Origin: a virus
DNA length: 64,000 nt
Virus record (IMG/VR): IMGVR_UViG_3300044796_000222
Location: 1-64,000 of that record
Reading direction: 5' to 3' (one strand)
Part shown: in pieces, positions 9,478 through 17,667 of the stretch
Layout: each line of letters begins with the position of its first letter
How positions within the stretch are numbered: the first letter of the stretch is position 1
Notes under the pieces: model-generated
Told to the model about the DNA's origin: nothing
The model's database searches: none
The model's input: the letters and a program-made list of their open reading frames with translations, nothing else
Translations under genes and position numbers: made by a program

Positions 9478-10621
9478 CCGCCCCATCGTCTGCCTGGTGA
9501 TGAACGCCAAGGTCGATCCGCCGACCATCGAGCGCGCGCTGAACAGCGTCAACGGCATCGTCGACCACTACGTCATCTCGACGACGCCCGGCGACACGTT
9601 GGAGCAGTATATCCAGCAGTACCTCCACTGCATGCGCAAGTACGGCATGACGTTCACGTTCGAGCGCGAGAACGGTGGGCAGATGAGGACGCGGTTGTTC
9701 GAGGAAGCAGCGATCTACGGCAAGCGGCATGGCGTCACGCACTTCCTGAACCTGGACGCTGACGACGAGATCGCGGTCGATCCTGGGTTCTCGTGGGACT
9801 TCGTTCACCACTTTCCGGTCTGGTCGATCCATGAGCACGCCGACGGGTTCACGTGGGACTTTCCGCGCATCTTTTCGACGGCGCACGAATGGCGATGGAA
9901 GTATCCGTTGCACGAGATCCCGGTGAGCGACACGTTCGACCAGAAGGACGTCGCGCGGGCGCCGAAACTTCGGTATGTGCGCCACCATGACGACACGCGC
10001 GGTCCTGGCTATTATCAGGTCCACGCCGACATAATCGAGCGATGGATGGCGGAGAGCGAAGAGAACGCGTCAGACCCGCGCATGACGTTCTACATGGCGC
10101 AGTCGCTCGAAGCGGCCGGGAAGAGCGACGATGCTGCGATGTGGTACGATTGCCGTGCCAAGATGACGACGGGTCTCAAAGACGAGGCGTGGCTGGCGTC
10201 CTACCGCGCTGCCAAGTTGCGAGCGATGAAGGCCAACGTCGAGCCGACGCCTGAGAAAGTGAAGCCGGTCATCGACGAGTTGGTGAGTGTTGGCAACGCG
10301 GATGGCCGCCGGTGCGAGCCGTTCGTCATCGCAGCGCAGCTCGCGCGGTTCGCGGGGCGGCACGACGTTGCGCTTGGGCTCGCCGAGCACGCGCTTCGGA
10401 TGCCGTTTCCGACGGCGCTACCGCACCTGGACATGCTCGCATGGGAATACGGGCGGGACGGCGAGTATCTGAGCGCGTGCTTTCACACCGGACAATTCCC
10501 GCAAGCACTCACGACGGTTGAGCGGATGCTGGCGAGCGGCAAGGTGCCTGAGAGCGAAGTGGAGAGGCTGACAATGGCTGCGGCGGCGCTGAAAGACATG
10601 ATCGCGGGGAAAGCGCCATGA
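9470..10621 (+). CDS. GT-A/GT2-like glycosyltransferase with C-terminal TPR-like region
   Basis: IVCLVMNAK first strand; LNLDADD DxD motif; PLHE; DPRMTFYMAQS TPR-like helices. Confidence 0.8.
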   Translation: MSDRPIVCLVMNAKVDPPTIERALNSVNGIVDHYVISTTPGDTLEQYIQQYLHCMRKYGMTFTFERENGGQMRTRLFEEAAIYGKRHGVTHFLNLDADDEIAVDPGFSWDFVHHFPVWSIHEHADGFTWDFPRIFSTAHEWRWKYPLHEIPVSDTFDQKDVARAPKLRYVRHHDDTRGPGYYQVHADIIERWMAESEENASDPRMTFYMAQSLEAAGKSDDAAMWYDCRAKMTTGLKDEAWLASYRAAKLRAMKANVEPTPEKVKPVIDELVSVGNADGRRCEPFVIAAQLARFAGRHDVALGLAEHALRMPFPTALPHLDMLAWEYGRDGEYLSACFHTGQFPQALTTVERMLASGKVPESEVERLTMAAAALKDMIAGKAP

Positions 10622-10780
10622 GCATGCAGACGACGCTTCAGAGCGCGACCGAAGGTTTCATGCCTAGCGGAGCCACCAAGGCGCGATGAATCTCATGGCG
10701 GAGTGGACCCGAGACGGCCTGGAGTGGAAGGCCGAAATCGCGAAGTTGGCGACGTTGGCGAACGTCCACGAAGACGCAAC

Positions 10781-10809
10781 TTGACGGACGCCTCGCCGGT
10801 GCTTACGGT
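10781..10809 (+). promoter_or_regulatory. Sigma70-like promoter
   Basis: TTGACG-N17-TACGGT; shares ACTTGACGGACGCC with 3753-3766. Confidence 0.55.
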
Positions 10810-10813
10810 TGGT

Positions 10814-10902
10814 TACGCCTAAAAAGCGTAGAGTTCGAGCCTCGTCTTCTTCGGCTCACGACTCCGACTCGCCTCTCGACTCCACGGGAGGCGAAGTTGT
10901 TT
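10814..10902 (+). ncRNA. Candidate small structured RNA (three consecutive hairpins)
   Basis: TACGC-CTAAAAA-GCGTA; GAGT..GAGCC/GGCTC..ACTC; TCGCCTCTCG/CGGGAGGCGA then TTGTTT. Lies between two promoters with no ORF. Confidence 0.45.
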
Positions 10903-10908
10903 CAGGGG

Positions 10909-10936
10909 TTGACATGCCGTATGTGAGGGTTAGGTT
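10909..10936 (+). promoter_or_regulatory. Leaderless-type promoter
   Basis: TTGACA-N16-TAGGTT-N6-ATG(10943). Confidence 0.65.
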
Positions 10937-10942
10937 GCGTTC

Positions 10943-11101
10943 ATGGGACAGCAGAAGGGCCGAATCTCCACGAACGTGTACCTGAATCCAGAGGAGCTGG
11001 ATCGCTTGCGAGCGCTCAGCGAACGCACGCGCGTGCCGATGTCTGCGTACATTCGCGAGGGCATCGACATCGTATTGAAGAAATACGGTGAGAAAAAGTG
11101 A
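10943..11101 (+). CDS. Ribbon-helix-helix DNA-binding protein (52 aa; absent from the ORF track)
   Basis: Hand translation: MGQQKGRISTNVYLNPEELDRLRALSERTRVPMSAYIREGIDIVLKKYGEKK. Confidence 0.85.
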   Translation: MGQQKGRISTNVYLNPEELDRLRALSERTRVPMSAYIREGIDIVLKKYGEKK

Positions 11102-11322
11102 AACTCGTCCAGCAAGACGAACTACTCCACTTCAACACGTGGTCGCTGCTGGCGGAACTTGGCAAGAAGGCAGTCGTCGTCACCAAGCATCCAAAGCGTC
11201 ACGCTGCGGCGCTCGTTTGGCGCGGGTGGGCGAAAGAAGTGAGCGACGGGGAGTTTTCAATTACTGCGACGGGGCGTGAGGCGTTGGCGCTCGGGCGCGC
11301 GAAAGGGCTTTTTATCTCATGA
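11098..11322 (+). CDS. Hypothetical protein (possible winged helix)
   Basis: GTGA overlap; ITATGREAL motif. Confidence 0.55.
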   Translation: MKLVQQDELLHFNTWSLLAELGKKAVVVTKHPKRHAAALVWRGWAKEVSDGEFSITATGREALALGRAKGLFIS

Positions 11323-11783
11323 AGACCATCGGACTCGGCGACATCGCTCGTGACAAAATGACTGGCCTAGAAGGCGAAGTGGTCGCGCACTCCACGTACA
11401 TCCACAACTGCGACCGACTCACGATTCAGCCGAAGGGCCTGAAGGACGGTCGGCCGTACGACACGCGCTCGTTCGACATCCTCGGGATGGAGTTCGTGAA
11501 GAAGGGGACGGCGAAGGTCTACGCACCAGTCGTGCAGCCGGTCGCGGCGTTCGGCGACAGCGTGAAGGACAGACTGACGGGCGCCGCTGGCGTTCTCGTG
11601 AGCCGGACGATCTGGTCGAACGGATGCTCGCGCGTCAGCGCTCAGCCGACGAAGTTGAAGGACGGCCTGCCTGCCGACTTGATTCACCTCGACGAGCAAG
11701 ACGTCATCCTCGTAAAGCGCGCCGCCGTCGAATCGAAGCCGGCGAAGACTGGTGGGCCGCGCGCGGAGCCGAGCCGTCGGTAG
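11319..11783 (+). CDS. Hypothetical protein with two tandem homologous beta domains
   Basis: GDxxxDxxTGxxG...C...QPxxLKDGxP occurs twice. Confidence 0.75.
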   Translation: MKTIGLGDIARDKMTGLEGEVVAHSTYIHNCDRLTIQPKGLKDGRPYDTRSFDILGMEFVKKGTAKVYAPVVQPVAAFGDSVKDRLTGAAGVLVSRTIWSNGCSRVSAQPTKLKDGLPADLIHLDEQDVILVKRAAVESKPAKTGGPRAEPSRR

Positions 11784-11785
11784 TC

Positions 11786-12232
11786 ATGCGCCTCATCCCG
11801 AACTTCATCGGCGCTGGCGAGATCGCGGCCCTCTCTCGCTTCGTCGATCGCCATGACTTCGAGCCTGGTCGACAGGGGACGGGTTACGAAAAGTTGGCGC
11901 TCAAATACGACGAGTGGCCGCTGGCGCGGGAGCGATGCCTTGCCGCGCTGGGCGTATCCTACGACACGGCGCACGACTGCTACATGCTTCGATACCAGGT
12001 CGGCGCATCGATTCCGGCTCACGTCGACGATGCGCCGCTTGCGAGCGAGCATCATCGCATCAACGTCTGCGTCGTCGAGCCGGTCGGTGGCGGCGTCCTC
12101 TATGTCGACGGCAGCGCGGTCCCTCTGCGCGCCGGTGACGCCTACGTCTTCCGTCCAGACGTCGAGGGACACGAAGTTGCGATGGTCACGAGGGGCGTTC
12201 GACTCATGTTCACCGTCGGGATTCTGCGATGA
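11786..12232 (+). CDS. 2OG-Fe(II) oxygenase (prolyl-hydroxylase-like)
   Basis: LRY...HVD...GGGxL...HEV...GVR facial-triad pattern. Confidence 0.85.
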   Translation: MRLIPNFIGAGEIAALSRFVDRHDFEPGRQGTGYEKLALKYDEWPLARERCLAALGVSYDTAHDCYMLRYQVGASIPAHVDDAPLASEHHRINVCVVEPVGGGVLYVDGSAVPLRAGDAYVFRPDVEGHEVAMVTRGVRLMFTVGILR

Positions 12233-12289
12233 CGACCACGAAACCCGTTGATGTCGAGGCGAAGTTCGGCGATACGCTCAGCCCAGACG

Positions 12290-12317
12290 TTGACAAGCGA
12301 CGCTGAGCGCTTACCTT
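12290..12317 (+). promoter_or_regulatory. Leaderless-type promoter
   Basis: TTGACA-N16-TACCTT-N6-ATG(12324). Confidence 0.65.
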
Positions 12318-12323
12318 CTCGCC

Positions 12324-12626
12324 ATGGCCTTTCTCGTTGCCTACGCGCTCATCGGCTTCTGCGTGTCGTCGCACAACCTCTGGCTGTACGTCAAAGCGTT
12401 CGACGATAAGGAGCAGAACAAACACCTCGGCGCGCTCCTACGTGCCGGAAGGGCGAAAGACGCTGCTGAGCATGTCGCGTGGCTGGACGAAGTGAGATCC
12501 ATCGAGCCGTGGCGAGAGGTGCTGAACGATGCCATTCTCGGCGTCATCTGGTTCGGGCCTCTATGGGTAAACAGGAAGGCGTACGCGAGATTGTTGGTGC
12601 TGAAGTGGCAGGAGTTTCGGCGATGA
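12324..12626 (+). CDS. Hypothetical membrane protein
   Basis: Hydrophobic N-terminus and a second hydrophobic segment. Confidence 0.6.
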   Translation: MAFLVAYALIGFCVSSHNLWLYVKAFDDKEQNKHLGALLRAGRAKDAAEHVAWLDEVRSIEPWREVLNDAILGVIWFGPLWVNRKAYARLLVLKWQEFRR

Positions 12627-12967
12627 CGGCTCGCCATAAGTGGTCCAAAGGCGTATGCTTGAGACACAAGGCCGGGCTCGTCATCGGCGCATGCCCAGCA
12701 TCGGAAAGCGGACGCCCGTGCGAAGCGTCAAACTGCGCGAATTGTGGCCTCCTCCGCAGGAAGGAGCGCTTCGTTGCTGGCCCTGAAGTCGGCGATGAAT
12801 TGCGAATCGACAAGCCGCGCTTCGAATACTTCTCCGACGTATTGGACGAGTATGTTATGCTCGATCACGTGCCGGAGTGCGTTGCGGTGCAACGTGTCGC
12901 AGCGATGAAGCCTGAATCCGAGAAGTCCGACTGGCGCAAGGCGGCAGAAGCGATGGGCCTAAAATGA
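12623..12967 (+). CDS. Cys-rich hypothetical protein
   Basis: ATGA overlap; several Cys pairs. Confidence 0.55.
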   Translation: MTARHKWSKGVCLRHKAGLVIGACPASESGRPCEASNCANCGLLRRKERFVAGPEVGDELRIDKPRFEYFSDVLDEYVMLDHVPECVAVQRVAAMKPESEKSDWRKAAEAMGLK

Positions 12968-13227
12968 GCGGCGTATTGACGGAACGTCAGATGTTTGTGC
13001 TCGACTTCGTGCGAGCGCGCGAGAGCGCCGATGGCGTGATCCCGGTAACGGCGGAGCATGAGGCTGACGTCGACGCCTTGGAGCGCATCGGGTGCCTTCG
13101 TATCGAGATTGTTGACACGCCTGAAAAGCGATGGCACCGATCGCGCCTGACCGACTTCGGCCGATTCGTTCTGAAACGCGCACGCTCTGGCAACTTCAAC
13201 ATTCCATTCGAGGTGACTGGTGGCTAA
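12964..13227 (+). CDS. Hypothetical protein (possible winged helix)
   Basis: LTERQ...ALERIG...RLTDFGR. Confidence 0.55.
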   Translation: MSGVLTERQMFVLDFVRARESADGVIPVTAEHEADVDALERIGCLRIEIVDTPEKRWHRSRLTDFGRFVLKRARSGNFNIPFEVTGG

Positions 13228-13423
13228 CCCAAAGCCGCGTCGAACCGTTCCGAACAGGGAGCACTTCTTGGCCCTCTCGCGCTTCATAGCCGAGTCTGGC
13301 AGCGAGGAGAAGGCCGCTCGCCATCTTGGCGTCGGCGGTTCGGCTGTTCGTCAGGCCATCGACAGCGGTCATGTTACGCCGAAGATCGTTGCAAGGCTGA
13401 AGGGTCTTGGGCGCATAAATTGA
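13220..13423 (+). CDS. Cro-like HTH protein
   Basis: GSEEKAARHLGVGGSAVRQAI. Confidence 0.65.
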   Translation: MANPKPRRTVPNREHFLALSRFIAESGSEEKAARHLGVGGSAVRQAIDSGHVTPKIVARLKGLGRIN

Positions 13424-13620
13424 AGGCGTTTCTAGATCGATGGTTCACGACGTTGGCGATGATCGCGGTGACGATTGGCATCGCGTTCGTTATTACAGAA
13501 GCGCGGAATTGCGATGCGGAGGAAAACCATGACGAGCCGTGAATGGGTGGCATTTTTCATCGGCATGCTCGTCGGATGCGGCTCGACGTCGTTCGCGATC
13601 GCGTGGACGTGGAGAGAGCG

Positions 13621-13833
13621 ATGACAGCCACGACCGCAGACTTCCTGCCGCTTGCCAACGTCGCCACGCACGGTTTCATCCCGTTGTCTGCGGTCGCACT
13701 GTTTGAATATGCGCGAGAAGTGCCATTGGACGCGATGACGAGGGTCGGCCGCGCTGCGGACGGTCGTCTCACGCTCGTTTGCGAGCCTCGACGGGTTGAC
13801 AAAAGCCGGCAGATGGCGACCATGAGGCCATGA
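13621..13833 (+). CDS. Hypothetical protein
   Basis: GGAG RBS upstream of ATG 13621. Confidence 0.45.
   Translation: MTATTADFLPLANVATHGFIPLSAVALFEYAREVPLDAMTRVGRAADGRLTLVCEPRRVDKSRQMATMRP
13796..13823 (+). promoter_or_regulatory. Leaderless-type promoter
   Basis: TTGACA-N16-GACCAT-N6-ATG(13830). Confidence 0.55.
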
Positions 13834-14075
13834 AACTCCGCGCCTTCACCAACGACGTCTTCGTGGTTGCGGCATTCGACATGCAGAACGCAATCAACCA
13901 TCTCTCGGTCGAGACCGGGCACCCCGACGAATACTGGCTGATGAAAGGCGCTGCGCCATGGTATGAGGCCGCGCCGACCGATAGGTTCTTCGATCGAGAG
14001 ATGCGAAAGACACCGACGATCCGAGAGATGCTGTCGGAATGCGACGGGCCGTGCGTACTGAGGAGGCTTGACTAG
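13830..14075 (+). CDS. Hypothetical protein
   Basis: ORF after the promoter. Confidence 0.6.
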   Translation: MKLRAFTNDVFVVAAFDMQNAINHLSVETGHPDEYWLMKGAAPWYEAAPTDRFFDREMRKTPTIREMLSECDGPCVLRRLD

Positions 14076-14368
14076 TGACCGAAATCGACGTCCTGAAGCG
14101 CGCTCGCGAACTGCTCTACCAGTTCCCGCATCCAGAATCGCTCTACTACCGCACGCCGGCAGGCGCGATTGTCGACGGAACGTATCGCCAGAAGAAGCGC
14201 GCTGACATCGTGTCGCTCCTTCGATGCGTGACGACGGACCAGAAACTCATCGGCGAATGCGTCACGCGCCTGCACTCGGTCATCGGAAAGGCGTCGCTGC
14301 TGACGTGGACGTCGCCTGACATCGCGCGAGCGCTGGAGTCGGCGGCGACCGTGGCGGGGGCCGCATGA
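14075..14368 (+). CDS. Hypothetical protein
   Basis: GGAGG RBS; coupled. Confidence 0.6.
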   Translation: MTEIDVLKRARELLYQFPHPESLYYRTPAGAIVDGTYRQKKRADIVSLLRCVTTDQKLIGECVTRLHSVIGKASLLTWTSPDIARALESAATVAGAA

Positions 14369-14646
14369 GTGACGCCATCGCGCCGTCGGAGCGGCAAGTC
14401 GCCGACTTTCTCGCGTGGCTCGACGCTCAACCGCGCGGCATCGGCAATATTGCGGTGACGAAAGGCAACAAGTTCGTCGTGTCGCGAGCATTCTTCGCGC
14501 CGGGCAAACTGTCGTTGCGGGCCGGCAAAGCAGAGACGGCTTACGAGCGGACTCCGGCAGCCGCTCTGCAAGAGATGGATGCCGTCAGGGCGTTCAAGTC
14601 GAAGCCGTACGAATGGCTTTCCGTGCTCTTGACCAACCGACGATGA
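14365..14646 (+). CDS. Hypothetical protein
   Basis: ATGA overlap. Confidence 0.6.
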   Translation: MSDAIAPSERQVADFLAWLDAQPRGIGNIAVTKGNKFVVSRAFFAPGKLSLRAGKAETAYERTPAAALQEMDAVRAFKSKPYEWLSVLLTNRR

Positions 14647-14665
14647 ACGGGTAGAGGCGCCGACC

Positions 14666-15154
14666 ATGAAAGCTGCCCTGCTTGCTCTGCTCGTCGCCTT
14701 GTTCCACGTCGGCGAGATGACGCCATCGATCGAGACTCGCGCCACTGGCGCCGCTCAGGAAATTGTCACCATCGTCAACGAGCGCTTGCCCGACGCTCCC
14801 ACCGAAGAGCGTTTGGGGTGGGCGAGCGTGATGTTTGTTTGGAGCCGATATGAATCGATGTGGTTCGCTGACCCAAGCGGCTATGGGGACGCGAGGCGCG
14901 CGTGCGGCACGATGCAGGTACATAATCCGCATAAGTATATCGACGGGGCGACATGCGAAAAGGTCCGCAAGGATCGCAAACTCGGTTTCCAGGTCGGCCT
15001 AGAAGTGGCGCTCTACCTCACGAAGAAATGCGGATCGCGCGGGTTGGCCATGTCGGCATACTCTAGCGACGGTTCGTGCCCGACGACCGTATTTCCGCTC
15101 GTCGCGAAACGGTGCAAGTTGGCTGGGCTGACGTCGCAGTGCGAAGTCAAGTGA
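14666..15154 (+). CDS. Exported lysozyme-like / lytic transglycosylase-like protein
   Basis: Hydrophobic N-terminus; RYES catalytic Glu motif; ACGTMQV motif; AMSAY. Confidence 0.6.
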   Translation: MKAALLALLVALFHVGEMTPSIETRATGAAQEIVTIVNERLPDAPTEERLGWASVMFVWSRYESMWFADPSGYGDARRACGTMQVHNPHKYIDGATCEKVRKDRKLGFQVGLEVALYLTKKCGSRGLAMSAYSSDGSCPTTVFPLVAKRCKLAGLTSQCEVK

Positions 15155-15165
15155 AGGAGAACGAG

Positions 15166-15561
15166 ATGACGTTGAACGAGTTGCGAGATGCCGCCTATGC
15201 CAACGCAGTCGCGAAAGGCTTTCACGAGAAGCCGCGCAGCGTGAGCGACGGCGTTTCTCTTTTGCATTCTGAGTGCTCGGAAATCCTGGAAGACGCTCGT
15301 GACGGCCACGCGCCGACGGACGTCTGGTATGAAGAGAAACGAAAGAGCGGCGACACGACCGTCATCACGCGCCACGCCAAGCAGCAGTTCATCGATGGCG
15401 TGCCGATGTGGAAACCGTGCGGCGTGGGTTCGGAGATCGTTGATGTGTTGGTGAGGGCGTTCGATTTCGCGGGCGAACACGGACTCGATCTTGACGCGCT
15501 CTACGCCGAGAAGACGACCTACAACGCCAGCCGGGAGCCGAAGCACGGAAAGAAGTTCTAG
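15166..15561 (+). CDS. MazG-like nucleotide pyrophosphohydrolase
   Basis: LLHSECSEILE...SEIVDVLVRAFD...KTTYNASRxxKHGKKF. Confidence 0.85.
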   Translation: MTLNELRDAAYANAVAKGFHEKPRSVSDGVSLLHSECSEILEDARDGHAPTDVWYEEKRKSGDTTVITRHAKQQFIDGVPMWKPCGVGSEIVDVLVRAFDFAGEHGLDLDALYAEKTTYNASREPKHGKKF

Positions 15562-15572
15562 GCGCACAAAAC

Positions 15573-15940
15573 CATGCCTATCCGGTTCCGTGACAATGAC
15601 ACACACACATCACTGTGCTACTGTAACTATAGGAGCTTGCCGAATGACCACCCCCGAGACCGCTGCCCTGCGTGCTCTGATACCGACATACAATCACGCC
15701 GACCCGCCATGCTGCTGTGGGCAACCCAAGAGTGACCACGATCTTGGAAAGATCGCCTTCGGAAATGACTGCCCTGGCTTTTGCGTCGAGGGTCCTCTTA
15801 CCCATGTGCTGGTTCCGATCGCGTTGCTCGCCGCAGTGATCGACCTCGCCGATGCCCAACAGGCATCACCGTCGACCTCATAACGGTTACAGTGCCACTG
15901 CGGTGTAGGTGTCGGATTGTCACGCAACCGGATAGGCATT
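15573..15940. mobile_element. 368-bp non-autonomous TIR cassette (cassette A)
   Basis: 55-bp imperfect TIRs (43/55; 23/24 over ATGCCTATCCGGTTSCGTGACAAT); perfect 8-bp flanking direct repeat CACAAAAC at 15565-15572 and 15941-15948. Confidence 0.85.
15644..15883 (+). CDS. 79-aa Cys-rich cargo protein of cassette A
   Basis: AGGAG RBS; fills the space between the TIRs; CCCG...H...CPGF motif. Confidence 0.6.
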   Translation: MTTPETAALRALIPTYNHADPPCCCGQPKSDHDLGKIAFGNDCPGFCVEGPLTHVLVPIALLAAVIDLADAQQASPSTS

Positions 15941-15951
15941 CACAAAACGGC

Positions 15952-15995
15952 AGAAGCCTCTCGCCCCGGCTGGGACGAGAGGTTCTTCTAATTTT
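15952..15995. terminator. Intrinsic terminator at the convergence of early and late transcription
   Basis: AGAAGCCTCTCG...CGAGAGGTTCTTCT hairpin, TTTT downstream, AAAA upstream. Confidence 0.7.
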
Positions 15996-16019
15996 GACGA
16001 TGTTAGAAGGAGGTTATAA

Positions 16020-16196
16020 TCACGCCTTCGGCATCGACGTAGTTTCTTCGCGCCGCCAGCACACGAGCCAGAAAACGATCCGCCCGCGTTGCTCCGCGGT
16101 CAGCGGAACGGGATGCTTCCGACGGCGCTCGTCGACGAGGCAGACGCGGCCAATGCGATCTTCGTTGCCTTCGATCGCCAGTTCGGTCATTGTCAT
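16020..16196 (-). CDS. Small hypothetical protein (58 aa)
   Basis: Hand translation MTMTELAIEGNEDRIG...; ATGA-coupled. Confidence 0.4.
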   Translation of the reverse strand: MTMTELAIEGNEDRIGRVCLVDERRRKHPVPLTAEQRGRIVFWLVCWRREETTSMPKA

Positions 16197-16348
16197 GGCC
16201 GGCGCGGAGGTTCGCTGCGGATTCGCTTCGGTGGGACCAGAGCGGCTCGCGCTAGCCTGAGCGCCGCCGAGACGGTCGCCCTACGCCGTTCCGGGTCAAG
16301 CTGGTCCAGGATCGCCTCTAGTTCCAAGCGCTCCTCTTGCTCGGTCAA
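16193..16348 (-). CDS. Small hypothetical protein (51 aa)
   Basis: TTG start overlapping the upstream stop; TEQEERLELEAILDQLDPERR... Confidence 0.4.
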   Translation of the reverse strand: MTEQEERLELEAILDQLDPERRRATVSAALRLARAALVPPKRIRSEPPRRP

Positions 16349-16590
16349 GGCTGACGATGCGCTCCACTGCGATTGGCGTCAGCGTCACGTCGCCCGCGCT
16401 CATAGGCCTCGTCCTGAACGTTACGCAGTTCCAGGCGCCTCACGCGTTCCACTAGGCCATCTTCACCATCGATTAGGTCGAGCGCCTTCGCGGACCGGAC
16501 GACGAAGCGGACTGCCCATGTAACGAAAGCCCCGGCGAGCGTGATGACTGCGGCGGCGGTGGCGATCATCGTCGACGCATCGGTGGTCAT
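16345..16590 (-). CDS. Single-TM membrane protein (holin/antiholin-like)
   Basis: N-terminal TM then charged coiled coil; downstream of the endolysin. Confidence 0.55.
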   Translation of the reverse strand: MTTDASTMIATAAAVITLAGAFVTWAVRFVVRSAKALDLIDGEDGLVERVRRLELRNVQDEAYERGRRDADANRSGAHRQP

Positions 16591-16790
16591 TGTCGTCGGC
16601 GCCTTCCCATGCGCTCGGCGAGTGTATGGTCTGCCCATGCGAGAATTGCGGTGAGCGTTCCGAGTCCAATGATGAGTCCAGCGACTACTGCCTCACGCGG
16701 GCCAATCGATCGGGTTGTGCAGTCGGCGACCCATCCAATCGATGCTACAGCCGCGACTCCAGAAGCGACGACTGGCCTTGCGATGCTCAC
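16587..16790 (-). CDS. Two-TM small protein, holin candidate
   Basis: Two hydrophobic segments and basic C-terminus RRRRQ. Confidence 0.55.
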   Translation of the reverse strand: MSIARPVVASGVAAVASIGWVADCTTRSIGPREAVVAGLIIGLGTLTAILAWADHTLAERMGRRRRQ

Positions 16791-17623
16791 GATTGGCTCC
16801 GTTCGGTTGTAGGCGCGTCATCGACGATTGGCGCGTCGACTGCGGCAAGTCTCTGCGATGACTTCGAAGTGGGCGTTCCTGGCAGCGTCGGCATCAGGCC
16901 GCTCGGATCGGTGTCAAGCTCTTCGTCGGCACGCAGAAGCGTCGCTGGCGTCTCAGGCTGCATCGCCTGTGCGGGCGGCATCTGGTGAAGCACGCCCGTC
17001 AGGAGCCACGCCTGGAACGCCGCTTCGTCGCCAAGGAACACGTCGCCATCGACGCGCGGGCTCGACGGAACGCCCGGTATCGGACCGCCAGCGCAATCGT
17101 CGCCACACCACTGCCAAGCAACCGCGTGAGTCCACGGCGCCGGGACATGCGGGCGAGTTACTCCGGTATGCGAAACCCATAGGTCGCATTCGGTGATCGA
17201 ATCGCCAGCCGGAATGCGCTGTTCCTCGATGAACGACGGGTACGAGTAGATGATGGGGCGCCGGCTCAACGCGCCTTCGATGAGTACACGAGCCGCCTTC
17301 ACGTCTGCGAGCGTGACGCCATGGAGTTCCCAATCGATGCTGGGCGGCAACTCGCTGTCGAGCAGTTCGCCGACAGTGTTGAGGAAGACCTGTACCTGCT
17401 GCGCGATCGAATGGCCGGGGACCAGCGCGAAGTAGAGGATCGTTGGCAATCCGAGCGCGTGGGCGCCAGCGCGATTCGCTTTGAACTGAGAATCGACGTC
17501 GAGGCCGCATGAGGCGCGGATGGAGACGAATCTGATCGCCGGGTCGACTTCGGACCAAACGGAAATTCCGTTGTTTGAGGAAATATCGATTCCCTGGATT
17601 CCGTCGATGGGCGCTTTTTTCAT
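16787..17623 (-). CDS. Endolysin, GH25 lysozyme
   Basis: GIDISSNNG; SIRASCG; IDWE; PIIYS; LWVS; WQW; VDGDVF. Start at MKKAPID. Confidence 0.9.
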   Translation of the reverse strand: MKKAPIDGIQGIDISSNNGISVWSEVDPAIRFVSIRASCGLDVDSQFKANRAGAHALGLPTILYFALVPGHSIAQQVQVFLNTVGELLDSELPPSIDWELHGVTLADVKAARVLIEGALSRRPIIYSYPSFIEEQRIPAGDSITECDLWVSHTGVTRPHVPAPWTHAVAWQWCGDDCAGGPIPGVPSSPRVDGDVFLGDEAAFQAWLLTGVLHQMPPAQAMQPETPATLLRADEELDTDPSGLMPTLPGTPTSKSSQRLAAVDAPIVDDAPTTERSQS

Positions 17624-17667
17624 GTCATCCCTGTTGCGCGTGCTGAATCGATGGCTATCACACCAGG

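Noticed and set aside
10814-10864. tRNA-Phe(AAA)
   Set aside because: No acceptor stem, D arm or proper T stem; kept only as an sRNA candidate.
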